Shown: one piece after another, positions 12,448 to 22,599 of the stretch
Position numbering within the stretch: position 1 is the first letter of the stretch
How the letters are laid out: each line of letters starts with the position of its first letter
Origin: Adineta vaga
Lineage: Eukaryota; Animalia; Rotifera
Length of the DNA stretch: 64,000 nt
Assembly (NCBI GenBank): GCA_021613535.1
Contig: CP075497.1
Span: 1,302,001 to 1,366,000, forward strand
Reading direction: 5' to 3'
Program-made: the position numbers and the translations under genes
The notes under the pieces: generated by a model
Databases searched by the model: none
Told to the model about the DNA's origin: nothing
What the model saw: only the letters and a program-made list of their open reading frames with translations

Positions 12448-13932
12448 ATGAAGAAAACTACTTTGGAATATTTAACATTTCAGCGTGGAAAATGGATTAA
12501 TAAATTATTTATCGAATATGATGACATCACAAAATTCAAGGATATTAAATTCTTTTATGCAAATATTATCGATTATATACGTATTATTTTATGTCTATTT
12601 GCAGCATATACAATTACAACAGATTATTATTTATTAACTGCTAGTTTAATTTTTACCGCTACTTTATTAGATTGGTTAGATGGACCTGTAGCACGTGCTT
12701 ATAATCAATGTTCAATACTTGGTTGTGGACTTGATTGGTCAGCAGATTTATTAAGTCAAATAGTTATGATTATATGGTGGGCTAGATATGATTTTAATGT
12801 TGTTCCTTGGTTATTGATTGCAACATTTATTGAAGTAATAACAGGAATATTTGATTATGCAACAACGACAACATTAAAATATCCTATATTAAGAGAAAAT
12901 CAAACAGGATTTTTTATCATTCTTAATTGGACAATGCCATTAAATTCATATACACAATTTGGAAATTTTCTTTGGTATTCTTATCCTTCATATTGTATAT
13001 TACGAACGTTAGAATGTTGTTATGGTTATAATAAATTAATTCCATTCATTAGTTTATCTACTGCAATACAAGAACAAAATTATGTATTAATTTTATTTTT
13101 ATTAAATCGTTATTGTTTATTAATTCCTTCGATATTTTATATATGGTGTGAAGCAGCATATGGTTTACATATTCTTAGATCATGGAGAGAACCATCGAGA
13201 AAAATTGAAGCAGCAAGTAATGATATAATTTATGATGATGCATTCGATTCGTATCAAGGAGGATTTATTCATTATAAAGTTGTATCAAATAAAAATAAGA
13301 TTTTATTAGAAAATTCTTATGAAGAACTTCAATTCATTTTGAAAGATAGATATGAATTAGCTTTATCAAATTATGAAGTTTTTTGGATTAATTTATGGAA
13401 ACGAACAGGTAATTTAACTGAAAACATTCTTTTAAAAAATCAAGATCAATTAAATACTATGGTTAATGAATTTATTCAAACATATTATCATTTAAATACT
13501 GTTTTATTAGATGGTTATGGTTATATATTAAATCCAATTAATTCTCATGCACAAGTATTTCATATTGATTATACACTAACATATTCAACATTATTTATTC
13601 CATTAGTTCCATTATCAGTTGATAATGCTACACAATATTTAATTCCATCGTTAAACATTGATCCGAAATTATTTGCTGAAGCTACGAAGAATTTCGATAA
13701 AATAAATGTTGATTTATTATTACAAGATCAAAATTATTATTCCGTTCGACAATGTATTGCAAATCCATTTACAGTACTTAAAATGGATTTTGGAACAATT
13801 CATCGTGCGATATCAAATCAAGGTACATATCATCGAGTGATGTTTTATATATCAGTTATAAAAAAAGATCAAATGAATCAAACAAATATTCCTGATGAAC
13901 CTCTTATTGCAACAATCAAAAAAGATTTATAA
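12448..13932 (+). CDS. Intronless fusion: CDP-alcohol phosphotransferase (PI-synthase-like membrane domain) plus C-terminal PhyH-like Fe(II)/2-oxoglutarate dioxygenase domain
   Basis: First ATG at 12448. YANIIDYIR and the full signature DWLDGPVARAYNQCSILGCGLDWSAD (DxxDGxxAR...GxxxDxxxD) with TM helices. C-terminal QVFHIDY...LFIPL...DNATQY...FGTIHRAISNQ..HRVMFY (HxD...H triad and distal Arg). Confidence 0.8.
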   Translation: MKKTTLEYLTFQRGKWINKLFIEYDDITKFKDIKFFYANIIDYIRIILCLFAAYTITTDYYLLTASLIFTATLLDWLDGPVARAYNQCSILGCGLDWSADLLSQIVMIIWWARYDFNVVPWLLIATFIEVITGIFDYATTTTLKYPILRENQTGFFIILNWTMPLNSYTQFGNFLWYSYPSYCILRTLECCYGYNKLIPFISLSTAIQEQNYVLILFLLNRYCLLIPSIFYIWCEAAYGLHILRSWREPSRKIEAASNDIIYDDAFDSYQGGFIHYKVVSNKNKILLENSYEELQFILKDRYELALSNYEVFWINLWKRTGNLTENILLKNQDQLNTMVNEFIQTYYHLNTVLLDGYGYILNPINSHAQVFHIDYTLTYSTLFIPLVPLSVDNATQYLIPSLNIDPKLFAEATKNFDKINVDLLLQDQNYYSVRQCIANPFTVLKMDFGTIHRAISNQGTYHRVMFYISVIKKDQMNQTNIPDEPLIATIKKDL

Positions 13933-14156
13933 AAAGATTGTTAACTTTTGAATATTAATTGAAATACTATAGTTTTTTTAATTTTTTTCTTTTTGAAAGT
14001 ATGGGTTTACGAAAGAACAATAGTTAAGAGTCTGTAATATTTAGTAGATACTCTATGTGTCCACGAAATGATAAAGTTGGTCATTAGATGTATCTACAAC
14101 GATATGTCCAAATAAATACTAGCAACTTATTCAGAGAGATCATCAAATCAGAGCAA

Positions 14157-14201
14157 GGTGTGGGTGTGGCTAAGATAAATATAAATAACCACACCCACAC
14201 C
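14157..14201. repeat. Perfect 13-bp inverted telomere-like repeat hairpin
   Basis: GGTGTGGGTGTGG (14157-14169), 19-nt AT-rich loop, CCACACCCACACC (14189-14201). Confidence 0.8.
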
Positions 14202-14402
14202 CATCCTATACTGTTTCTAGTTATGAAAATCACTGATGAAGTCATTACTTATCATATTAGATGACTATATGTCTTCTTTAAATCAATTGTTTAAAATGTA
14301 AAAGTTTTCGACAATATTAATCATTGAGAGAAACGTTTATATAAACTAAGAAACAATAAACATTAGAAAAATGATGATAAAAAGAATATCAATGAGCAAT
14401 AT

Positions 14403-15641
14403 TTATTGAATATTACAACACGATGAATAACAAGCTGCTTTTTCACCAAAACAACCACAACAATTAAGTGGATAATCATTTTCATAAATCATACTTTGTC
14501 CTTTAGCTGTAGAATATTGACAAAATCGAAACATGTTTTCTAAAGTAAAAGACAAAATAGTTTGAAAAAGAGATAAGACAAAATTCATACGTGATGTTGG
14601 ATTTCGTTTATTAACATAATTTTCTCCCATTGTATAACATATTTCTTCGAAACCCAAACGTTCGACAACAAAATCTATGCGACGCATTGCATTGTATTTA
14701 TTTTTTGTCGGAATATGATGTGTTTCATTATAATCTTTGATAATATTTGCTCGTAAAGGAATATCAAGTGTTTCTTCGTATATTGTTTGTACAAAATTTT
14801 CTATTGAAGATCCTTTTGACCATGATTCTTGTTTTGCTGACCAGAAAAGTGTGCGTTGTCCCTTACGTATTCTTTTATTGTGTAGAAATGAGTTTTGATA
14901 AAACCATGTAGAAGATCGAGTAAACCATTTAACAGTTAACGTTGGTAAATGACGAAAACCTCCATATCCTTTACAATCAGAACAGATTATTTGACCACCA
15001 CCTTTACATAGTGAGAACAATATTCTGTTTTATTACTATACAAATACAACATCTAATTAAGTTCTAAATCATTGAAATTCATACTTGATTCGACCATCGC
15101 CACTACAATAGCTACATGAAATTAATTTTTTTCCTCGACATTTTGAACATCTTGTATATGAAGCACTATTGGTTAACGCATATGTTTCACAAAATTTATC
15201 ACCGGACGGAAGACGAATTTGATAATCATTCCATATATCTCCTACTGCTTCACCAGAACGTTCGGTATTTTCAAAGAATCGTCCTATAAAAACCAGATCA
15301 TGTATAAAAAAAACTAAATCGTTACAGATGAACTTACCTAAGGAATGACTGCCAAGAACTGTATCAGTATCCCAACGATAGGGTGTTTTTTTTGTCCGTA
15401 ATTTTCTTGTTTCCATCAGTATTTTCATTTGACATTTAAAGGCAACTTTTGGTTGAACACTAATTAATTCAGCGTTTTCTATAGGTTTTGAATAGTAGCA
15501 ACATTTTGACTTTAAATATCTTTGAAAGTCAGCCAAAGATTTAGGTAATTCTTTCGGTGGTGACTGAGTGATTTGTGGAGTAACAATGGTATCTGATAGT
15601 TGATTAGCATCGAGAATCAGTTCTGGAGCTACTTTAGTCAT
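14403..15641 (-). CDS. SSUH2: SSUH2-like protein (DnaJ-type CxxCxGxG zinc-finger repeats), spliced
   Basis: CSKCRG, CSYCSGDG, CSLCKGGG, CSDCKGYG repeats; C-terminal YENDYPLNCCGC...CCNIQ; introns near 15280-15335, 15020-15085 and 14540-14590. Confidence 0.7.
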
Positions 15642-17414
15642 TCTGAATTAAAAGAAGCGGTTCAATCTACAACAGATTTAGTAATTTTTCTTTGATCCTA
15701 ACTTTTCCGCTATTCCTTTTTCATGTTAAAGCTAGAAAATTATTTTTAGAAACTAAGAAAGAAAGAAAGAAAGAACAAAACAGATTTTTGCAATCTACAA
15801 CTTTTACTCCATCAAATTCTGTGAAAAAGTTAACAAAGTTGTTCGAAATTCGATTCGTATACACATTATTGTATTTCAAATATTAGTTTTAATATCATAT
15901 ATCTTTAATGATATTTATTTTAATGCACTGTCAAATATCGTTTATAAAAGCAATATATTTATGTGATATTTTAATTCTACACGATTTTCATTCAAGACTA
16001 TATAGACGAAAATTGTAAATTACATTGCTAAACAGACAATAACATTCAATCGTGAATACTATGTCAGTTTTTGTTTGAGGGAGGATATAAATATAGGAGA
16101 AGAAAAGATACTAGTACATCATTGATTCAAAATCAGCAAAAACCTTTTCAAAAACGTACTTACACAGTTTTGTTACCACTTCTCACTATCGTGCAAGAAT
16201 TTATATATCCATGTATATAATTTCTCTGAAAATCCTTTATGAGTTGATGTCTGTTTTGAATAAGAGAAATAAAAAAAGCAGAAGTATACGTTTCACAATG
16301 TTTTATATAGTTCTTCTGATTCTCGAAAATTCTTATCGAACACTCAAGACTTCTCGCACTATTAATAACGCATAACATTTTTTCGAAACATCAATAAAAA
16401 TATTTGAATAATCGGGGAAACTCTTATCAGTTTTATGTAAAAATGTAAAGGATGAGAGTGATTTTATACTCTCTAATCAGAATTCGCTCTGACTTTTGCT
16501 AAAATTCCTATAAAACTATAAAGTTTTCATGACAAGATCTATAAAAAAGTTTCTTTTATTCATAGAATTTCACTTAAAAAGTGTGTTTCTTCAAATCTCT
16601 CTTCGCATATTACATTCAATAACAAAGTCTGTTGTGTGATACACCACGCGTCATAGCTAGCGTTATTTTTGTATCCTATGTTATTATGACAAATCATTAA
16701 ATCATGGCATCGTACATACATCGAAATAATTCGGTCTCATTATTTGATGTTTATGGTTTTCGCCCTCAATATACAATTTACACCGTTTCATGAAAGAAAG
16801 ACCGAATCATGTCCATCACATACATATAATAGATATATTCCCTCATATCTATACTGATTATCGAATATAAAAAATCTTTCATTGACATATTTTAAAACAT
16901 TGTTTATCATTTCAAGAGATATAATAAGATATCTCTATCGGTTTGAATAACAAATTTTTGATTACAACAGATATTAAATATTGAACTTTCCAAATTTCAC
17001 CATTTCTCCTCTTTTCAATAGATTTTTGTTCGCTGATTTTTACATTGCTATTAGTCAATAATTTATAAAAGCATGTTTTGTTTAAACTGTTGTTGCCGGA
17101 CATTAATAAAATATGATTATTATAGTGATAGAAAGTAGAATAAATCAATATAGAAGTTTATGTTTACTATCAAATAGTAAAAATATCTTTAGGTTCGTGT
17201 TATTCAACATATAACAATCTAATGTTTCTTCTTCAGTCCGAAAAGAATTCATGCTTTTCCTGTATTTATGCCGTCCGCCTCGTCCCTTCATAGATGAGTA
17301 CAAGATGAAATTATTCTTCTCGTCTCATAAGATTACATCCTATATACATATTTTATCGTTGGGCAGCCAAGTTGAGTGGCAATTTTATCTTACTTAACAC
17401 AAACAAACACGAAT

Positions 17415-19937
17415 TTATAATTTCTTTTTCACGCGTTCGTAATTGTTTTTCCATTGCTGAGACCGAAGATGATCTGAAGGCAATGATTCTTGTGCAATTT
17501 GTACAGCACGCTCATAAAATGAACAGGCTTTTGAATAATCACCCATGTTGTCATACACCAAACCAATGTTGTTGTAAGTTGATGCCAAATGAGGATGATT
17601 TGGAAGAAGTGATTGTTGTAGAATTGCAAGGGCTTTTTCATAATATGAAAGTGCTTCTGGATAGTCACCTATCTTGGAATACACCAAACCAATGTTGCCG
17701 TAAGATGCAGCCAAATCAGGATGGTTTGGAGGAAGTGATTGTTGTCGAATTGCAAGAGCTTTCTCATAAAATGAAAGTGCTTTTGGATAGTCACTCATGT
17801 TGTCATACACCAAACCGATGTTGTTGTAGGGTGAAGCCAAATCAGGATGATTTGGAGGAAGTGATTGTTGTTGAATTGCTAAGACATTTTCAAAGCATGA
17901 AAGTGCTTTTGGATAATCATTCATTTGTATATACAACGCGCCGATGTTGTTGTAAGATTTAGCCAAATGAGGATGATTTGGAGGAAGTGATTGTTGTTTA
18001 ATTGCAAGAGCTTTCTCATGAGACGAAAGTGCTTTTGGATGGTCTCCCATGTTGTCATACACCAAACCAATGTTATTGTAAGTTGATGCCAAATGAGGAT
18101 GATTTGGAGGAAGTGATTGTTGTTGAATTGCTAGAACTTTTTCAAAGCATGAAAGTGCTTTTGGGTAGGCCCCCATGTTAGAATACACCAAACCGATGTT
18201 GCCATAAGATGAAGCCAAATCAGGATGGTTTGGAGGAAGTGATTGTTGTTTGATTGCAAGAGCTTTCTCATGAGATGAAAGTGCTTTTGGATAGTCACCC
18301 ATGTTTTTATATACTAAACCGATATTGTTGTAAGACATAGCTAAATCAAGATGATTTGGAGGAAGTGACTGTTGTTTGATTGCAAGGGCTTTCTCATGAG
18401 ATGAAAGTGCTTTTGGATAGTCACCCATGTTGTCATACACCCCACCAATGTTGTTGTAAGATTTAGCCAACTCAGGATGTTGAGGAGAGAGAGTTTTTTC
18501 ATAGATGGCAAGTGATTTTTCATAGAATCTAATCGCCTCTTTATATTCTCCTTGATTGTCTTTGATCGAACCAAGTTGATTATAAATTGCTGCCTTTTCA
18601 CTTTCCTTCGTTGTTTGATCAAGTAGTATTTCATAAATCTCTTGAGATTTGTCATTTTGACCCATGTCTTTTAGTACTAAACCCAATCTGTACCATCCCT
18701 CTACGTCTGGAAAACTCTCTTCTCGTATGCGCTCAGTCAGTGCATGTAATTCTTTGTCATTATCACTGGTAAGTATCAAACTCACTTCGAAGAGTTCGTT
18801 ATTTCCACCCATTTGTTTGATATCCTGAATACGGAACACGCTGTGCATTGAAAATAGTACTTCATCTTCTTTCGAGAAGTAACTGACGCCACCAATTGAA
18901 GCGAATGCTATCGTTGATTGACGAGGATCTATTGTCATTACAAAGAGAATTCCCACCAAATCTGGATTACTTGCAGCACTTCGTGCAAAGCCAAGTGAAA
19001 TATCTCGGATCTTGCTGGTGGATAAGAAGTTATTAAATGATAATAATCCACCTTTTGTTTGCTTTAGTTGTTCGAAATCTATTTTTGATAATCCTTGTCC
19101 ACGATAAACTGTGAAAACATGATCGATATGTTGTTCTTGATGCACGGATTCAATGTGTCGATGTAGATCGCTGATAAAGAAGCCCATCCGTGTCATAATA
19201 TCACCATTCATTTCTCTTAATGCACGGTTAAGCATAGGATAGAGAACACTTTCCTTGGTATACCACCATATTGGTCTTTGCTGATAATATTTTGACGCCA
19301 ATTGCTGGATATTGTTCAGTTCTTCGCCATTATCTGCTAATGCCTCAGGACAATAGGAGACAAATTCTTGAATATGTGTAGCGTCGAATTTAATGGTTAA
19401 TAATATCTCTTTAAGGATTTGTGTGTACATGAACGAAGGATCTAATTGATTCAACTTTTTGCCAGATCCGACGAAACTAATGGAGATGGCATTCTGTTCG
19501 CATTTTTGTACTGCTTGTTTGAGTGCTTCACACATAGGTATGATCTCTGTGAAGACTCCCTTGATCTTTGGCCATTCTTTTGTCCATGCTTTATGTCGTT
19601 GCTTGTTGCCACAAAAGATAAAGATCGAATCCATTTGAGACATCCCATGTATCTGAGGTACAATATGCTGTCCGAGTGAACCTGAAATAATTATGCATGC
19701 CTTACGATCTTTGATTGTTTTGATGAATTGAATGCATTGATCGCCATCTGTATAGGTATTCACATCGTTAACAATACTTCTTAATCGAGTGATGGTATTT
19801 TGAGTGTCTTCATTGTTGTCGTCGATGTTGGCATCTAACCATATAAGAAGAACGTTTTGGATCTTTTGTATATCGATACGTTGACGTCCACGTGCTTCTT
19901 TATTTGTTTTAGAAATAGTTGATTTGCTGTTTCCCAT
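17415..19937 (-). CDS. Intronless NAD:arginine ADP-ribosyltransferase (R-S-E class) with N-terminal receiver-like domain and C-terminal 42-aa TPR array
   Basis: ATG at 19937 (MGNSKS). ART motifs VYRG / FLSTS / EDEVLF. About 9 TPR units of 126 bp (LAxSYNNIGxVYxxMGDYPKALSxxEKALAIxQQSLPPNHP). Confidence 0.9.
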   Translation of the reverse strand: MGNSKSTISKTNKEARGRQRIDIQKIQNVLLIWLDANIDDNNEDTQNTITRLRSIVNDVNTYTDGDQCIQFIKTIKDRKACIIISGSLGQHIVPQIHGMSQMDSIFIFCGNKQRHKAWTKEWPKIKGVFTEIIPMCEALKQAVQKCEQNAISISFVGSGKKLNQLDPSFMYTQILKEILLTIKFDATHIQEFVSYCPEALADNGEELNNIQQLASKYYQQRPIWWYTKESVLYPMLNRALREMNGDIMTRMGFFISDLHRHIESVHQEQHIDHVFTVYRGQGLSKIDFEQLKQTKGGLLSFNNFLSTSKIRDISLGFARSAASNPDLVGILFVMTIDPRQSTIAFASIGGVSYFSKEDEVLFSMHSVFRIQDIKQMGGNNELFEVSLILTSDNDKELHALTERIREESFPDVEGWYRLGLVLKDMGQNDKSQEIYEILLDQTTKESEKAAIYNQLGSIKDNQGEYKEAIRFYEKSLAIYEKTLSPQHPELAKSYNNIGGVYDNMGDYPKALSSHEKALAIKQQSLPPNHLDLAMSYNNIGLVYKNMGDYPKALSSHEKALAIKQQSLPPNHPDLASSYGNIGLVYSNMGAYPKALSCFEKVLAIQQQSLPPNHPHLASTYNNIGLVYDNMGDHPKALSSHEKALAIKQQSLPPNHPHLAKSYNNIGALYIQMNDYPKALSCFENVLAIQQQSLPPNHPDLASPYNNIGLVYDNMSDYPKALSFYEKALAIRQQSLPPNHPDLAASYGNIGLVYSKIGDYPEALSYYEKALAILQQSLLPNHPHLASTYNNIGLVYDNMGDYSKACSFYERAVQIAQESLPSDHLRSQQWKNNYERVKKKL
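17500..18600 (-). repeat. Coding tandem repeat with a 126-bp unit (TPR), 8 highly similar copies plus one divergent copy
   Basis: Recurrent ggaggaagtgattgttg / gaaagtgcttttggat at 126-bp spacing. Confidence 0.9.
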
Positions 19938-21149
19938 TGAAGTTGTTTGATATGTTCTTGGATAGTTGGATGTTGTGAATTTCAATTATTTGAAAAGATA
20001 TGAATAATTGACTGATGAAAATTTGGTCTTTATATATGTTTTTATTGTCTTCCCAGAGGTTTTTGTTTGTGTTCGAGAACGCCTTCGTTTTTTCTTCCGC
20101 TGATTTTTATATTTCTTCCAGAAGCATAAAATAAGCACGTTAACAAACAGAGATTTTTGTTTTTCTTTCTGAAATATTTTCAAGTACTTTTAGTTCCTGT
20201 TTACTTCTCTGTTCTTTGACTCGAGAGAAAATAGAACAGTGCAAGTATAAAATCGAATGACGAAAAAAGTTTTCTTCGTCAGTCAGTTATTACGTCTCAT
20301 AGAATATGTGAAAATTTTTCGACTGTCAGAATGTCAATTATATTTGTCCGGAAATAAATCTCTCTTACTAGATTTCACATATCTAATTATGATAATGAAA
20401 ACTTTTGAACATAAATCATAAAGATATGTATGTATGGAGTTTCAAATAGTATATTCAAAAATTATTTTTCTGCGTTGACAAAATTATTTTTTTCTTCACT
20501 CTCGAAATACTACAATTTCATCTTTTCTTTTTCTTATTTGATGAATGAGAATAAACTGTATAGTTGCAAAGAAAAACAAAACTGGTAAATTTATTCAAGA
20601 AAAGAAAAGAAATGTAAGGCACATTATATATCCAATGATTGTTTAAATATTCCTGAGAAATTATCTTAACATATTCTCATTTTCTCGTATTGTATGCATA
20701 ACTATTTGTAAGGATCATTTGAAAATATATTATAACATTCAATCTCAAATTGATAATTATCTAAATATTTCGTTTATTAAAATAAATTGTTTTTTCTTTG
20801 GAGTGAAATCACTTTCTACTGTAGTTTTAATATGATGTCTATCTCTCTTTCGAATAATTTGTATGACTTTTGTCAGTAATAACATTTTTTTTTGATAATT
20901 TTCATGATGAATTTCTTTAACGTATGACTATCTGTATATCAACAAATTTATTGATTTTACGATGGATTCAAGAGTATGAAGATTTATATATATATATCTA
21001 TTTTCTACGAAATATGTTTCTAAATGTAGATCAGAGATTTAATCGAAATGATAATGATAGAATTATTGTTATCATTAATAATATAATATTAGTTTTGTAG
21101 TATCATTAAAAGAAAAAAGTCAAAGGAATTTTATGTAACTCCATAGTGA

Positions 21150-21984
21150 TCTTGTTTATTTGAACATAAAATTCTATTTCAAATCGTTTTCTTCGTTTTT
21201 ATTTCAAAATCTAATATATATTTTTATAGAAATCTTCGATTACAATGATAAGTTTTTTTTGGAAACGATTTCTAAAAAACAAAACGAGAAGATTGAGAAA
21301 ATGTATAGAAAGAAATGACAACTTACAGAAAAGATTTGTTTAATCGATGAATTAATTTGAATATATAATGATCGAAGATTTTCTATTTCATTTAATTGAA
21401 TTTTCTAAAACAAATTCTATATATTTTATTAAAATAAAGATCAAATTCAAACTTTTTCTGCTGAAAATTCCACATATGGAAGTGTTTCTAATATAAAAGA
21501 ATAAATCAATTCATATTCTATTAAAGAAATCGATTTACTTAAATATTTCATTGAATAATCTTCTTTTCCACTTTTGTTTTCAATCTCGTTTTTCTTTCTT
21601 TAAAGAAGAAAATGAAAAAATTCAAATGAATAATTCAAATGAAATTTTACTTGAAAGAAGCTCGATGATGTTGAGGAAGTTTTGATTTCTTAAAAAGATT
21701 CTTGTCATTTAAATGAAGTCTAGAAAATTTTTGAATTTGTCTAAAAAATTTTAAAAGAAAAATTCTAATTTTGATTAAATTTCAATTTACTTATTTAAAT
21801 CTTTAATTAAATTTTTCTTTTGAAAATGTTCAAGTGATAAATTTAATATTGGATTTATTAATTCTAAACTATCATTTTCACTTTCATTCTCACTAAAAAA
21901 GAAAAGAAGTTTATTTTTCTCTTCAAAATCATTAAATATTCACCTTGAAACAATAATAATTTCATTTGATCTCGATTTACCCAT
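21150..21984 (-). CDS. Hypothetical small spliced protein, divergent from the UBX gene
   Basis: ATG at 21984 (MGKSRSNEIIIVS) followed by plausible short GT-AG introns and open exons. No recognisable domain; 3' end uncertain. Confidence 0.35.
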
Positions 21985-22126
21985 TTTTTTTATCTCTGAA
22001 ATGACATCAAGAAATAATAGAATTTAATTTCTTCTACTGACATCTATAAGAATATTCTTTGTTGTCACGAACAACAAACATTTCAATGGCAAAATCAAAT
22101 CAGATGATCAATCCTTTCAAATCAAA

Positions 22127-22579
22127 ATGGAATTTGAAAAAATACGAAGGTATTTCTTTTTTAATTCAAATTTCTTTTTCAAATTGTTCTTTTTTTGCTA
22201 AAGAAAACCGTCTGATTCTTGTTTAAATCGATATGAAATCTTACCTTCAATTGGCAATTCTCGTGAATTTATTCCTCATCCACCACTGATAAAACCTTCG
22301 AAAGAAATCAATAATCCACGTTATAAAAAACAACTAAAAGAAGAGAAAATTTTAATTGCAATTCGTTTTCAAAATGGAAAAAGAATTGAAAAAGAATTTT
22401 CATCAAATGATCGAATTAGTCAAATAATTGAATTTGTAAAAAATGAAGAAAAAGATCTTTCAAATGATATTTATTTATCAAGTGGTGATGTACCAAAAAG
22501 ACAATTTAAAGATTTTCATTTAACACTTTCACAAGCAAATCTTCAAACACATACTGTTCTTTTTATTGATCGATTATAA
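22127..22579 (+). CDS. UBX domain protein (UBXN10-like)
   Basis: LNRYEILPSIG motif and C-terminal UBX fold ILIAIRFQNGKRIEKEFSSNDRISQIIEFV...GDVPKRQF...LTLSQANL. One intron at about 22150-22203. Start codon uncertain. Confidence 0.75.
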
Positions 22580-22599
22580 ATAAATTTTTATTTTTTTAG

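Noticed and set aside
17372-17962. 196-aa plus-strand ORF with repeating CC motifs
   Set aside because: Antisense shadow of the 126-bp TPR repeats. It lacks an initiating ATG, and the periodicity is explained by the minus-strand gene.
17500-18600. Regularly spaced repeats resembling a CRISPR array
   Set aside because: Units are contiguous in-frame coding repeats without unique spacers; the context is eukaryotic and there are no cas genes.
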